The notes: generated from the sequence alone by a model not told the origin. A stretch of DNA of 63,339 nucleotides, filler included, from Octopus bimaculoides (GCF_001194135.2; 8 parts of 8 records of this genome joined end to end with filler, not necessarily neighbours in it); one strand, 5' to 3'; shown: positions 1 through 13,101, numbered from the whole stretch's first letter. Numbers and translations are program-made.

Positions 1-755
1 AAAGCTCGGTGAAAATATTTTAAGGTGGTGCCCCAGCATGGCCACTGTCTAATGACTGAAACAAGTAATTGATAAAAGACATATGAGAGAGAGTGCATGT
101 GTGTGCACGAGCGTGTGTTTGTCTCCGTTTCTTTCTGCTTATCTCCTATGTAAAAATAGCAAATTATCTCTCAATCCGGTAAAACGCCCGATCAAAAAAA
201 AACGCCCGATCAAAAAAAAAAAACAAAAAAAAACAAATTGGCAAAGAGAACAGAGGCGGATCGAACAAAAAAAGTAAGCAGTAAAGAAACCTGGACGTTT
301 ATACATTTTTTCCGCTTTTTACGTGACATGAATACAGAAAGATGTTGTTCTATGCTCGATTGGCTACATGAGTTTAAAATCAGTGAAGCACATTAGAGAC
401 GACACGGGGGCCAGGCCACACTGTGTTAATATATGTGGCTAAGAAAGAACTTTATAAATTCGGGAACAACGAAGCATATAATGGGACAATGAAAGCACCA
501 ATTGACAATATTTTACAGAGTTGGTTTTTCGGTATAAATCTATACAAGTATTACTTGTTCATATCGTGTGAAAGTACAAGGAGTGCGCAGTGGTTAAGTA
601 GTATGTTAAGTAGTATGTTGTGTGAGCACATAACATCTTAATGAATAATGGTTTTGAACAATTGGTGCACACGCACATATGCAAGCAAATACACGCACAC
701 GCACACACACACAAACATACACACACATAAACACACAGACACACACACAAACAAA

Positions 756-797
<42 letters not shown>

Positions 798-1884
798 AGA
801 GAGAGAGAGAGAGATAAATAGATAGATAGATAGACACAAGCACACACACACAAACACACACATACACGCACGTGCGCACACACACACGCACACGCACACA
901 TATATGAAAATTCTATTATTTGGTTTTAGCCAGAGGCTGTGTGCATGCCGTGCCATCGCCATTAGCAATAACGCTCTTTTCGTTTTAGGCTCACTCCCCA
1001 GCCCTCTCTCACGTTTTCGGTCCTGGTGAAATGTGGGTTAGACATAGCTTCCCTTCTTTGCATTTTTTGCCGTGATGTGGATTCATATGGTATCTCAGAT
1101 AAACATTTATCAAACCGACTTTGAATGCATCAGCACCTGCTCCTCTTAGATCTGTGAAGCCTTTTCGCAAGGAATTGAAACACTGTGTGAGTGTATATAT
1201 AACTATCGTGTGGCATGAAGCTTGCTTCCCAGCACCACGATTCCAGGTTCAGTCCCATTGCATGGATCCTTGGGCGAGTGTCTTCTATTATAGCCTCAGG
1301 CCGATCGATGTCTTGTGAGTCGATTTGGTTAACAAAAACTAAAAGAAGTCATTTGTTTCTCTCTCTCTCTTTCTCTTCTCCCCCATTTTCTCCTCTCATT
1401 CTTTACTGACGAAGAGCGTAGGCTTGAACCGCCAAAGACTCTTCCATTCTTTACGAGCTAATACACCTGCTTGTTTTCCCTCACCTGTCTTTGTCGTTTG
1501 TTTTTTTCTATACATTTGAACCATATATAGATAGATAGATAGATAAATATGTGTGTGTGAGTGTGCTTGCGTGTGCATGTGTGTGTGTGTGTGTGTTTGT
1601 ATATGTCTTCGTGTCTGTGCCCTACTACTTCTTGATATGTCTTCTTGTATATGTCTTCGTGCCCTACCACTTCTTGATAACCGGTGCAGGTTTGTTACAC
1701 CAACACGCGCGCGCGCGCACACACACACATACACACGCGCACGCCCGCACACACACACACAAACACGCACACACACACACACACTCACGAATACACAAAC
1801 ACATACACATTAACAATAATGAGGAATACAGCTGGTACTTGTTTCACCGACCCCAAAAGGATAACAGGCAAGGTTGACCTCGGC

Positions 1885-1887
<3 letters not shown>

Positions 1888-1923
<36 letters not shown>

Positions 1924-1931
1924 GTAGTAGC

Positions 1932-1969
<38 letters not shown>

Positions 1970-2075
1970 GAGGAGGAGGAGGAGGAGGAGGAGGAGGAGG
2001 AGTAGCAGTAGGAGTAATAGTAGCAGAAGTAGTAGTAGCAGCAGCAATTGTAGTAGTAGTAGTGGTGGTGGTGGC

Positions 2076-2132
<57 letters not shown>
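1888..2132 (+). repeat. Compound trinucleotide microsatellite (AAT)n(AGT)n(AGG)n(AGT)n
   Basis: Read directly; source of the poly-I/V/G/L/Y/S pseudo-ORFs. Confidence 0.97.
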
Positions 2133-2133
<1 letters not shown>

Positions 2134-2674
2134 TTGACGATATATTTTACCGTCCCTCTCTCCTTTTACTGACAGCACACATATTCTTTCGTCTATAAAC
2201 AACAGAAGTTATAAACAATTTAGACGAAATGTTTAAAAATACGACAGTTTCTTTGTTTCTTCTCTACATTCCGAATATAACTAGTCTTAAAACCAATTAT
2301 GCAGTGTTTTACATTGCATATGGTGGATATGATTTATGAATTATCTATTTCGAAGTATTCATTCGTTCATTTAGGTACTTCAGGGAAATTTTTACACTCC
2401 CCATTAATCACGTTGTTTAATTGTGATTGTTGACGTTAACGAAACACTAAAGGCATTCATATATGATATATCTTTGTAACCTTTGTTTATTTAGTGCTAT
2501 AAAATACACGACAGCGTGTTATTATGAATTACATAAACACACGGGGGTAATCTGGCTCTATACGTTCGTTTTCAATATTCCATTGACCTCAGTTACTAAA
2601 CGAAGACGACGTAAAAATACATAAAAATATAGAAAAAATGTGTTAAGTGAAATTGGTTAACACATTACAAATAA

Positions 2675-2835
2675 ATAAAGACCCTCTTCGGCCATGAATG
2701 ACCATGGGATTTCTCCTAGAGGGTTACCTTGGGAAACAAAATTCCAGGCAGGGTTGTTTATAGAAGACCAGTAGTCACCCATGCATGCCAGCCACCCCTC
2801 CACACGCCACCGATGTTATCCAAGGGAAAAGCAAA
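2675..2835 (-). mobile_element. SINE 3' fragment of another tail type
   Basis: aaagaccctcttcggccatgaatgaccatggg...ccacgccaccgatgttatccaagggaaa recalled as an octopus SINE tail; the head is absent. Confidence 0.5.
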
Positions 2836-2856
2836 CGCCTCGATTCCAGGCAGCGA

Positions 2857-2925
<69 letters not shown>

Positions 2926-2949
2926 CAATAATAACAACAACAACAACAT

Positions 2950-3085
2950 CGAAAAATAGGAATGAGAACCCAGGTTCGATATTTCCCCAAGACACCTGAA
3001 GATGGCCGGAGGGTATATCAGCCGAAACGTTGTTTTATCAACAAACAAGATGAAGACAAAATCCGTCAAAATGTAAATAATGTAT
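2950..3085 (+). mobile_element. Penelope-like terminal repeat fragment with a hammerhead-like motif
   Basis: GACAC-CTGAAGA-TGGCCGG...TCAGCC-GAAACGTT-GTTTT at 2991-3036, next to an (AAT)n/(AAC)n array. Confidence 0.6.
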
Positions 3086-4853
3086 TATGCGGGTGCTTCT
3101 ATTTCATTTAATTACTGAAATAAAATTAAACTTTGTTTAATTTGAAGAGCATTAACCAAGGTGATCATCACTGTTTCGGAAATATCAGTAAGCTGGAGAT
3201 ATGTTGGAATCGAAATTTTCGGAAAATCGATATTGTACCTATACTACGTTTACACCGTGGTAGCTGTTTTATCATTGCTATCCGTTAGTTAACACTACAT
3301 AAAACGAAGTAGACTGAATAGTTTTATACGAGAACACTTTAAGTGCTCCATAGATATTACTCTAATAGATATTACTCTTAGATGTTGGCAACTACAAAGT
3401 ATTCGAATGAAACACTATACGGTTATATTCAGCTAGTTTGTAAATGATTATTTTTTTTATCATTGAGAAAAGACAAAATGGTGTTATTTGAGAATTTATT
3501 GTTTGCTTTTGTGACATATCACATTATTTAATTTTGCCTAATTTTGTACCGCAGATCAAGGACATTTTGAAAATAAACTTATTAGGATTGCTATATCTTA
3601 TAACTGTGGGCATGTTTTGCGCGATTATGTACACACAGGCCCATATGCATACACATACACCCACAATTAAAACTGAAGCTGATAGGTTTACTCACGTCTC
3701 AGGTTTCAGGCTACTGCGAGCTTCAGGCGAAGATCTTCGTTAAAAGATCGCAGTGACTTGAATTTCAAGTCGCGAGACAAACTCTCAGCTTCAATTTTAA
3801 CTAAGAAAATAGTTTCACTGCATGTATTGAGCATTCTTTCCTCATTCGTCTGACGTTGAGCAACGTACGTACACCTCTCACACATACAGACAAACACACA
3901 CACACATATATGTATATGTGTGTGTGTGTGTTGTGCGTGTGTATATGCGCAAGCATTGTTTGTGTAAATCAGTGTGTATGCTAGAATCTGTCCGCATGTT
4001 TTTGGCAGATGTAAAATTTCATCATCATATAGTTGTAACCCAAATTAAGTTTTGATTTATATATATGTATGTGTGTGTGATATACTTTCATATATACATA
4101 CAGATATACATACATTCACACACTCACATATGTATGTATATAAGCAAACACATATGTATAAGTATACACACACACATTCACAAGTAGCTAAATCTACCCT
4201 TGCGCAGATTTATAAATACTTACCAAATAAATGCATCAATTCGCAATATTTTGTAACTTCACTTACTGTATTAATATCAAATATTAATAACGTCTATTGT
4301 TCAGATTTTTAATACTCCTTATGATTATTAAATAATAATTCTTATGACAAAACAATTTCTTTCTATAATGTGTATTTAGTCTATTATTTTTAAAACTAAG
4401 TTATACAGGGTGGGCCAAAAGTCTCGCTTAAAAAAAGTTTAATACACTCCAGTATTGTCAAAGACATGCTTCAGTTTTATATACAATTGTAATTGTATTT
4501 TAAAATATATTTCTTTTTTATCACCTCCNNNNNNNNNNNNNNNNNNNNNNNNNNNNNNNNNNNNNNNNNNNNNNNNNNNNNNNNNNNNNNNNNNNNNNNN
4601 NNNNNNNNNNNNNNNNNNNNNNNNNNNNNNNNNNNNNNNNNNNNNNNNNNNNNNNNNNNNNNNNNNNNNNNNNNNNNNNNNNNNNNNNNNNNNNNNNNNN
4701 NNNNNNNNNNNNNNNNNNNNNNNNNNNNNNNNNNNNNNNNNNNNNNNNNNNNNNNNNNNNNNNNNNNNNNNNNNNNNNNNNNNNNNNNNNNNNNNNNNNN
4801 NNNNNNNNNNNNNNNNNNNNNNNNNNNNNNNNNNNNNNNNNNNNNNNNNNNNN

Positions 4854-5710
4854 AATCATCTGGCTGCTCTGTTCTCGAGGGCTTTCAATCCGGGGCCTAC
4901 AAGAAATCTTTCCGTAATCCCTAGAATGGGAGTGCTAGAGGAAGAGGATTAACATTGCATGTTTGAGACAAACAACTGGCGTCAGCCGAATCTTCTGAGA
5001 TGCGCACTGAACGAATAAAAATCTCCTCTCTGTACTTGTTTAATGCCTGAACATCGCTCATTCTTGGAGTTATGTGGAACACCGTTCTTACGTGTAGAAC
5101 GGGTCCGGCTACCTTCTGAGTCCACTATGAAGGTCGCCTTACCGCCTAATCTAGCAGGAAAGGGCAGGCATTTTTTTCTGTTTAGTGGTCATAGCTAAGG
5201 AGGTTGTGCAGTGGACAGAACTGGAGAAATGCATTTTCCTCTGTGACAAAGCCCTTGTCAACAAAAAAATAATGCTGCTTCTAGCAAATTTGGTGAAACG
5301 TGGATGAGAGTGGTGATCATAGTTCAAGTACTGTGAGCAGGCGCTATTAGAACTGGAGAAAAAAATTGGTTACCTTTGTGTTCATGGTGACTATGACATT
5401 TTGGGGTTTGCACTGTTTACCCTCGGTGGTTTCTCACCTATTAAAGATTTAGGCTGGTGAATTTGAGAAGAAGAGGTGTACCCTTCCCGAATACTCTCGA
5501 AGTGTAGGGTCGTTCAGGATTGGTGGGGTACCTGAGCCAACCCTGGGTGGCCATCCACCTATTGGGCAATTTTCATTGTTATATTTTTCTTGTTTAACGT
5601 TTATTGTTATTGTTTTCCTAATTATTTACTTGTTGTTTTGTGTAAAACCCCCTCTGTCCCCGTCTACTATATTGTCCCTTATATGTCGGCCTTAGTGGTA
5701 AATAAATGAA
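4854..5710 (+). mobile_element. Degraded 3' end of a Tx1/L1-clade LINE
   Basis: Frameshifted WSYVEH...RVERVRLPSESTMKVALPP...IAKEVVQWT resembles a Tx1 ORF2 C-terminus (from memory). Ends in GTGGTAAATAAATGAA, similar to the 3' end at 13060-13100, followed by (ATA)n/(AGT)n. Confidence 0.6.
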
Positions 5711-6637
5711 ATAATAATAATTATTATGAGTAGTAATAATAGTAGTAGTAGTGGTAGTAGTAGTAGTGGTGGTGGTGGTGGTGGTACACTAATGTATAAA
5801 TCCTTTAAAACTTGTTAATTTGAAAAGCAAGCCTATCAAAACCTCACAAGTTTAGAAACTCATGAAGTATGCATATTTCTTTGAATAGCATTTCTCTGCA
5901 ATTAATGAAAAGTCATTCATATACGACACGAAAAAACAACAACAACAATAGAGATAATAAATAACAATAATAATATCATCAACAACAACCTACAACAACA
6001 ATGAAGGCGCATACGTACTCACATTATAAAACTATTCTCTATTCTCTTCTCACACCAGCCACCACCGCCACTTTTCAAGCCGAGTTCTTTACAACCGAGA
6101 AGATGACATCAATGCAAATGTGAACGTCATCTGTCTCACAGCTCAGAAAAATCAACAGTAAAACAGCCCCAGGGAACCATCAGAATGGCAACTGATTGGC
6201 TTGCAGATGTCTTATCGATGACACTTGTCGACTGATCATTGTGACACCAGTATTGCACGGCAGTCAATTAACATGAGCAACGGTCAAATTCACGCTGATT
6301 GACAGAGTACTTTCAAAACACTTGAGACACAATGCACGGAGTATGAGGCTGTGAGGCTAATTATTTCTGGACTGACAATATAAAGTGCAGTGGGGTGGGG
6401 TGGCATATGATAGTAATTATTTTCAGGACTAGCACAACACACTTTCTGCACGGATATATTCAGTTAGACACATTTTGAATATATTCAAGTATTTGACTCT
6501 TTCTTGTCAACCTACCCCATCTCTTTCTTCCCCTCTATCTGTTTGTTTCTGCTTCTCTCGGTCTCTGTCTCTCTGTCTGTCTCTCTCTTTCTATCTTCCT
6601 CTCTCCATATATATATGTGGGGGGGTGGGGGTGTATA

Positions 6638-6687
<50 letters not shown>

Positions 6688-6759
6688 AATTCATTTATTT
6701 ATATACATATCTATCTATCTATAATACACACACACACCACACGCGCACATGAACATAGT

Positions 6760-6975
6760 GAAGGTGCGTGGCTTAGTGGTTAGGGTATTCGGTTCACTAC
6801 CATAAGGTCGTGAGTTCAATTACCGGCTGCCCGTTGTGTCCTTGAGCAAGACAATTTATTTCATGTTGCTTGCTGTCCACTCATCTGGCAAACACGAGTG
6901 GTACTTGTAATTCAAGGGCGAGCCTTGTCACATTCGGTGTATCACGCTGAATCTCACCGAAAACTACGTTAAGGG
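6760..6975 (+). mobile_element. tRNA SINE with head/core H1 and tail T1
   Basis: TGGCTTAGTGGTTAGGG A box, GAGTTCAATT B box, core GTGTCCTTGAGCAAGACAATTTATTTCATGTTGC, tail AAGGGCGAGCCTTGTCACA...CACGCTGAATCTC...AACTACGTTAAGGG. Confidence 0.85.
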
Positions 6976-7075
6976 TTGTCAAGCAGTGAGCGGTGGACAA
7001 ACAGAGATACAAAGACACACACACACGCACACAGACAGACAGACACACACACACGCACGCACGCACACACACACA

Positions 7076-7127
<52 letters not shown>

Positions 7128-7227
7128 NNNNNNNNNNNNNNNNNNNNNNNNNNNNNNNNNNNNNNNNNNNNTTAATTAATTAANNNNNNNNNNNNNNNNN
7201 NNNNNNNNNNNNNNNNNNNNNNNNNNN
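7128..7227. other. Artificial 100-bp assembly spacer (44 N + TTAATTAATTAA + 44 N)
   Basis: The identical construct occurs at 7128, 21395, 41579, 46770, 54832, 57712 and 61458. The palindrome places a stop codon in all six frames. Confidence 0.95.
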
Positions 7228-7273
<46 letters not shown>

Positions 7274-8079
7274 TATGTATATATACAGACGCAGTTATGG
7301 CTGTGTGCTTAAGAAGCTCGCTTTCGGTTTAGTTCTAGTGTGAGTGCGGAAGTGCTTCATGACATCACAATAATTAGTTAAATCTTTTAATATCTGTAGA
7401 ATACTAGCGCTGCTTTTGGTAACCTAGGCCCTCATCTCTATTTTCCTTATTATTATTGTTGTTGTTGTTGTTGTTGTTGCGGCTATTGCTGTCAGAAATC
7501 GGTAACATTAGAGGAATGCAGTTAATCGTATCAGCAATAATCCAACGTCGATTATTCATATGATTACGGTTACTGTTTAGGATTTTGCACATTTCCTGTT
7601 CGATATTGGAGAATAAAACATAGGAGGAAATTTGCAAAGTTTCAAAATCCGCTCATAATCCATGTAGGTAATCACTATTCCGTTATATATATATATATGT
7701 TTGTATGTAACGTTAAGATAATAGATAAGCTTATAAAATATCTACATATAGTCATAAAAGTGTACAAAATTGTCTATAAAGAACATGCCCTAAGTAGGTA
7801 TCGATGCGAAAAGCGCAATAACAGACGTCCGATTTTTCCTGAAGCAGTGAACCAAATATGATATCGATTCGTTAACGGAATATATTTGAGGGTATATGGC
7901 TTTTTTCCTCCTTGATGCTGTCATCATTGGCTTACATTTTTGTCATAGTAGTTACCATAACCTATAGCAAGCATTACGTAGAAAATTATTTGTAAAACTG
8001 ATATTATGGAAGACAATAGTTATGGAATATGTTACAAATTGAACAATAATTATGCACCAACTCAATATGTATATATAGA

Positions 8080-8115
<36 letters not shown>

Positions 8116-8152
8116 TGTATGTATACATTTGTGTGTGTGTGTACATACATAC

Positions 8153-8322
8153 ATGACAGGTCCCTTTCAGCTTCTGTCTCCGTCTACCAAATCCACTCAC
8201 AAGGATTTGATCGGCCCGAGGCTATGGTAGAAGACATCTGCTCAAACTGCCACGCGGTGTGGCTGAACCCGCAACCATGTGGATAGGAAACAAATTTCTT
8301 CCACACAACCACGCCTGCGCCT
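8153..8322 (-). mobile_element. SINE-A 5' half
   Basis: Head and core only. Similar partial copies lie at ~1-80, 1205-1350, 13205-13300, 13500-13640, 29160-29290, 31360-31440, 38265-38355, 41795-41975, 44020-44100, 49997-50157, 51115-51215 and 58672-58795. Confidence 0.8.
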
Positions 8323-8713
8323 TAGTTTATCTAATCTGTATCTAGAAACTTCGAATCTTTTAGACCTATTTGTCATTTCATGAATTCTTTATTGATACAA
8401 TACAGAATTAACTTAACTTAGGACACGTTTCTTTCTCATTTTAAGAAGATTTCTTGATGTTTTTGTTATTACTTTACATGCTTGATTCATTAATATGATG
8501 TATTGCTTCACTTTCAATCCCCGAAAAAAATTATTCTTTCGAAAATAAATCTGCTCAGTAAATTTCTTTATTTAGCTGTGAAGAAAAAAAAAATTGTAAT
8601 TAAATCATCCGATAAACTTTGCCAACCTTTAATTTAGTATAAAAATTAGTTTTCATCTTTACAACATTTCTTGCATTCCAAATATCTTCATGAATCGGTT
8701 AATACATTAGTTC

Positions 8714-8995
8714 TGACGTCATATTCCCTGGCATTCACGTGGAATATGGACAAAACGTCTGTCAGTGACCTAATTAAGCTTTCACTATTCCGGTTATGAT
8801 TGAAGTTGCTTGTAGTGAAGCATAACCTGTGAGCTCTTCGTTCGATGACCTTAATTCACGGGTTGGTGGGTAGAGCTCATTTGAAAGCCAAGATCAATTT
8901 GACCTCTCGCTCCAACGTATTTCTTATAGTAATTTTATTGACCTCGAACTAACGTGAAGTTAAGTAAATCTTGACATGACTTGAACTTTGAGCCT
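8714..8995. promoter_or_regulatory. Candidate enhancer: CRE, E-box and nuclear-receptor half-site cluster
   Basis: TGACGTCA 8714-8721, CACGTG 8736-8741, TGACCT at 8766, 8846, 8900 and 8939, TGAACTTTG from 8982, all in unique sequence. Confidence 0.42.
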
Positions 8996-10714
8996 TAAGT
9001 TTACAAGTTGAACACCCGAGCACTGAGTAACGCCCTTTATGAAATCTATATTTAATTAGCTAAAGTCTAACTGACGCTCGCTTTCAAGGAGTTTAGATTA
9101 TATGCTGGAGGAAACATGGCTAAAAGCCAACTGTTCCATGGAAAGGAAGCTCATCAAAGACTGTGAAAGGCTATGCAATTATACACGTCTTTTGTATGAC
9201 AATGCAATGAATGAATTAGGAAAAGGATGTGTAGCTTGTATAATTAGTCACTCAGCTACAATAATGAAGTTCTATAGAAATGTTCCAGGACAAGAGAGGC
9301 TCTAGTATTCTACTAATCACCTATTTGATAAAATGGAACACTAAACAGTAAAATATTCGTCCAGTGATTGTAAATCACATAATAGCTAACATATCTAATA
9401 TAATTTCAGAACATTTCGTCATTTGTGCTATACACACTCTACTAAAAACACGTGTGTAAGATATAGTTAGCATGCATAACATTTAGGCAGATTTCATGGA
9501 TTCTCCGATTTTGCAACTTGAAGATAATTTAAATGATTAACAATAAGAAACAATCAGTCATTTTAAGGTACGAAAATCGTTTGTAATTGTATGTCCCTAA
9601 CAAATGATATTGGTAGATGTTGTTATTATTTAACTTCCAGTTTATAACTGATCGAACAGATATATGATCAAATCCGTTTCAAGTGTAGCCATTTCGATAT
9701 TAATGCATTCTTTCTTTTGTGGATAAAGACATGTGATTCATAAAAGATTTGGCTGCTGTTTATATGAAGCCGAAAGATCTGCTTGAATACTGAATCTATC
9801 GGTTCGATATTAGCAGCAACTTAACTATAATAAAGCTTATTAAAAGATAATGTTGTCCCGATTCTGAGGGACTCATATATTCTTCCAGTCACGTTAAACG
9901 GATGTGGAGTAAGTTGTTTCTTGCGGAGAGGTCGCTACCGTATTGTAGGTTATTTTACTTTTGGATCTCATATCTTTCCAGATAGATGAACTGTTTACTG
10001 TACGTTGTCTTGAGCCGCATTAAATGTTAACAGGGAATTTAATCCCAATACCTGTGACCTCTGTTGCGAAACATTTTTGACTCGGTATTTATCTTTAATT
10101 GAATATTCTCAGCCTCAAAATAGTTAATTCATAATTATTTTCCTAGGAAGAGTTTGTTCTAATTTTTATACGTATTCTATGTGCATAATTAGTATCTGAA
10201 ATAATAAAAACTTTATTAATTTCTATCTGATCAAGCATTCTAGTAGGGTAAGACGAGTGAATGTTATCATGTCGACTTAAAATAAGAAACAGCTCTCTAT
10301 GACAGCTCTCTTCACAATGAGCTTTTGGAAATTGTAATTTCTGTAATAACGTATCTCTTATTTGTATACATGTATATAGTTTCAGGTAAATACTTATAAT
10401 TTAATATTTATAACGTACTATTGCAAGGAGATATTTTTTCAATGTCCACCGTGTGCTACGTAAAAGTCCGCACCAAACCAGTACTGACGTACATATTGTC
10501 AACTTACCATCACTAGTGCAAATAAATCATAATCATGCAGTTTGATCTTCGGATCTCATTATTTCGAAAGATATTTGACCTAAGAAATCATCTAATTACT
10601 TTTTATGAGACAAATTTAATTGAGAAAATTTGCACTTTCAATTAATGTATTTTGTTTATTTACATTGCTTTTGCATAAATTAATTTGATAAAACCAATAA
10701 TGTATAGTTTGTAT

Positions 10715-10930
10715 AAGGTAGCGAGTGTTGGCTGAATGGTTAAGACGCTGGACAAAATGCTGAGCAGCATTTCATCCGTCTTTACGTCTTAAGTTCAAAT
10801 TCCGCCGAGGTCGACTTTGCCTTTCATCTTTTCGAGGTCGATAAACTAAGTACCAATTGAACACTGGGGTCGATGCAATCGACTAGCTTCCTTCCCCGAA
10901 ATTGCTAGCCCTGTGCCAAGATTCGAAACT
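10715..10930 (+). mobile_element. SINE-C
   Basis: gttcaaattccgccgaggtcgactttgcctttcatcttttcgaggtcgataaactaagtacc. Other copies lie at ~1826-1885, 24530-24712, 27695-27850, 27860-28083, 32110-32420, 35470-35660 and 42955-43165. Confidence 0.88.
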
Positions 10931-12042
10931 AACTTATGGTTTGTATTTGATAATCTGAAATTAGGATTAAAACAAGAGGAAACAACTAGGGTTAAGAATG
11001 CAGCAAATATTTGAGCGTAGTAAATCCGCATCTGCCAGAAAAAGGAGTTCATGAAGTGTTTTCATTTACAGTTCCATCTCCTTCCACGATTAAGCTGTTT
11101 TACATTGGTACGAAATTTATTTGGAATATAAATTTTCTCATAATAGAATATTCTAGGTATGTGTGTGAAAATGTCGATTTAGAAATTCAAATATTTCGTT
11201 GAAATAACGATTTATAATTAGTATAATATCGACAAATATTGTTGTAATTGTAATACACATACTAACAAAACATTATTGTAAAATTAAACAGTAACAATTA
11301 AGGTTTTTATGACTGAGTGGTCCAGTATACGAAGAATATCCCAGAGCTTTACTAGAAGCTGTGGTGATGCAGCTAAAGTAATATTAAACAGATGTTTACT
11401 TCATTGCCTTCTGGCTCTGCTAACGAAGTGATTTGATTTGGCCCTAAACACGGCAGAAGAATTCTGAAAATGTCAGTAACTGAATTAAGCATATTTATGG
11501 AAATATATGTTACAGGAATAAGCTGGTCTGCTAAATATACATCGAGGAAAATGAAGAAACATGATGTACTATGCAACCAGCAAGCTATTATCGCATGATG
11601 CTACTTAATTTGAGATTATCTAAACAATAACTATTCCTGTTGTCTTCGTATATTTATATTTTTAAAAATTATTTTACTTTACATAATCATATAAGGATGG
11701 AAAATATAAAATGTGGAGAATTTCATAGATATTTTTACGTTTAACAAAATGATTTTATTTTACATTAATTGACATAATCTAATTGACATATTATTCTCTA
11801 TGATCATAACAAATGTTAATGTTGAATTCATTTAAAACTGAAGTTACAATTATTTCTCTAACGTATATTATATAGGAAACTAATATTTATGAGCCATTTA
11901 AATTTTTCAAGTTCTTCGACGTTAAAAGGAGTATTTTTGTGTTTCATATTTATTTGAGTAAATAACTAACTTATTCTTGAAAGCATAATTTAAATACATA
12001 TATACGTATAAAATGATATATATTCGTTAAATATGTCTGTTA

Positions 12043-12110
<68 letters not shown>

Positions 12111-13101
12111 GGGAGCAAAAATTAACCGGGATAAGTCAGTGGGCTTGCGGCTCGGCACTTGGAGAAGCAAGCCCATGCCGTCTAACAGCGTCTCCACTGT
12201 GGGACGCTGGACCGACGAGCCGGTTAAATTGCTCGGAGTCTGCTTCGGTCCGGACCTCCAAATGGAGAAGAACTGGGGCGAAATAACGACTAGGGTGGTC
12301 ACTCTCACCCGGCAATGGGCTGAGAGGAAGCTATCCCTANNNNNNNNNNNNNNNNNNNNNNNNNNNNNNNNNNNNNNNNNNNNNNNNNNNNNNNNNNNNN
12401 NNNNNNNNNNNNNNNNNNNNNNNNNNNNNNNNNNNNNNNNNNNNNNNNNNNNNNNNNNNNNNNNNNNNNNNNNNNNNNNNNNNNNNNNNNNNNNNNNNNN
12501 NNNNNNNNNNNNNNNNNNNNNNNNNNNNNNNNNNNNNNNNNNNNNNNNNNNNNNNNNNNNNNNNNNNNNNNNNNNNNNNNNNNNNNNNNNNNNNNNNNNN
12601 NNNNNNNNNNNNNNNNNNNNNNNNNNNNNNNNNNNNNNNNNNNNNNNNNNNNNNNNNNNNNNNNNNNNNNNNNNNNNNNNNNNNNNNNNNNNNNNNNNNN
12701 NNNNNNNNNNNNNNNNNNNNNNNNNNNNNNNNNNNNNNNNNNNNNNNNNNNNNNNNNNNNNNNNNNNNNNNNNNNNNNNNNNNNNNNNNNNNNNNNNNNN
12801 NNNNNNNNNNNNNNNNNNNNNNNNNGGTCTTTTCCGTAGGCTTTTCTCTCCATGGATAAACCCATTTTACACAATTGACATTTTCTGTGATATACGATAC
12901 CCTTTTGTTTGCCCCTACCGATCCCTTTTGATCGGATTTGTTATTTTTTAATTTTATTTATTTTTTAATTTTATTTATTTTTTAATTTATTTTTATTTTT
13001 TTAATTTATTATTATTTTTTTTTCATTATTTTTTTAAAAGAAAAGCTCTACAGTTGTATTTGTCCCCTCTGTGTGCAGCCCTGTGTGGCAAATAAACGAA
13101 A
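12111..13101 (+). mobile_element. 5'-truncated Tx1/L1-clade LINE inside a (TCTA)n array
   Basis: PVKLLGVCFGPDLQMEKNWGEITTRVVTLTRQWAERKLSL resembles the L1/Tx1 region after the RT core. After the gap, a T-rich 3' UTR ends in GTGGCAAATAAACGAA. (TCTA)n lies on both sides. Confidence 0.75.

Noticed and set aside
559-2202. Many ORFs of 60-160 aa (VCVC, HTHT, YIYI, poly-L/I/V/Y)
   Set aside because: They are translations of microsatellites; the same applies to similar ORFs throughout the track.
4404-4440. TA-CAGGGTGGGCCAAAAGTC, a Tc1/mariner-like end
   Set aside because: The partner end is not visible (an N-gap follows at 4529), so it cannot be supported as an element.
6760-6840. tRNA-like sequences with A and B boxes at many positions
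   Set aside because: They are SINE heads continuing into SINE bodies, with no complete cloverleaf or terminator, so they are not called as tRNA genes.
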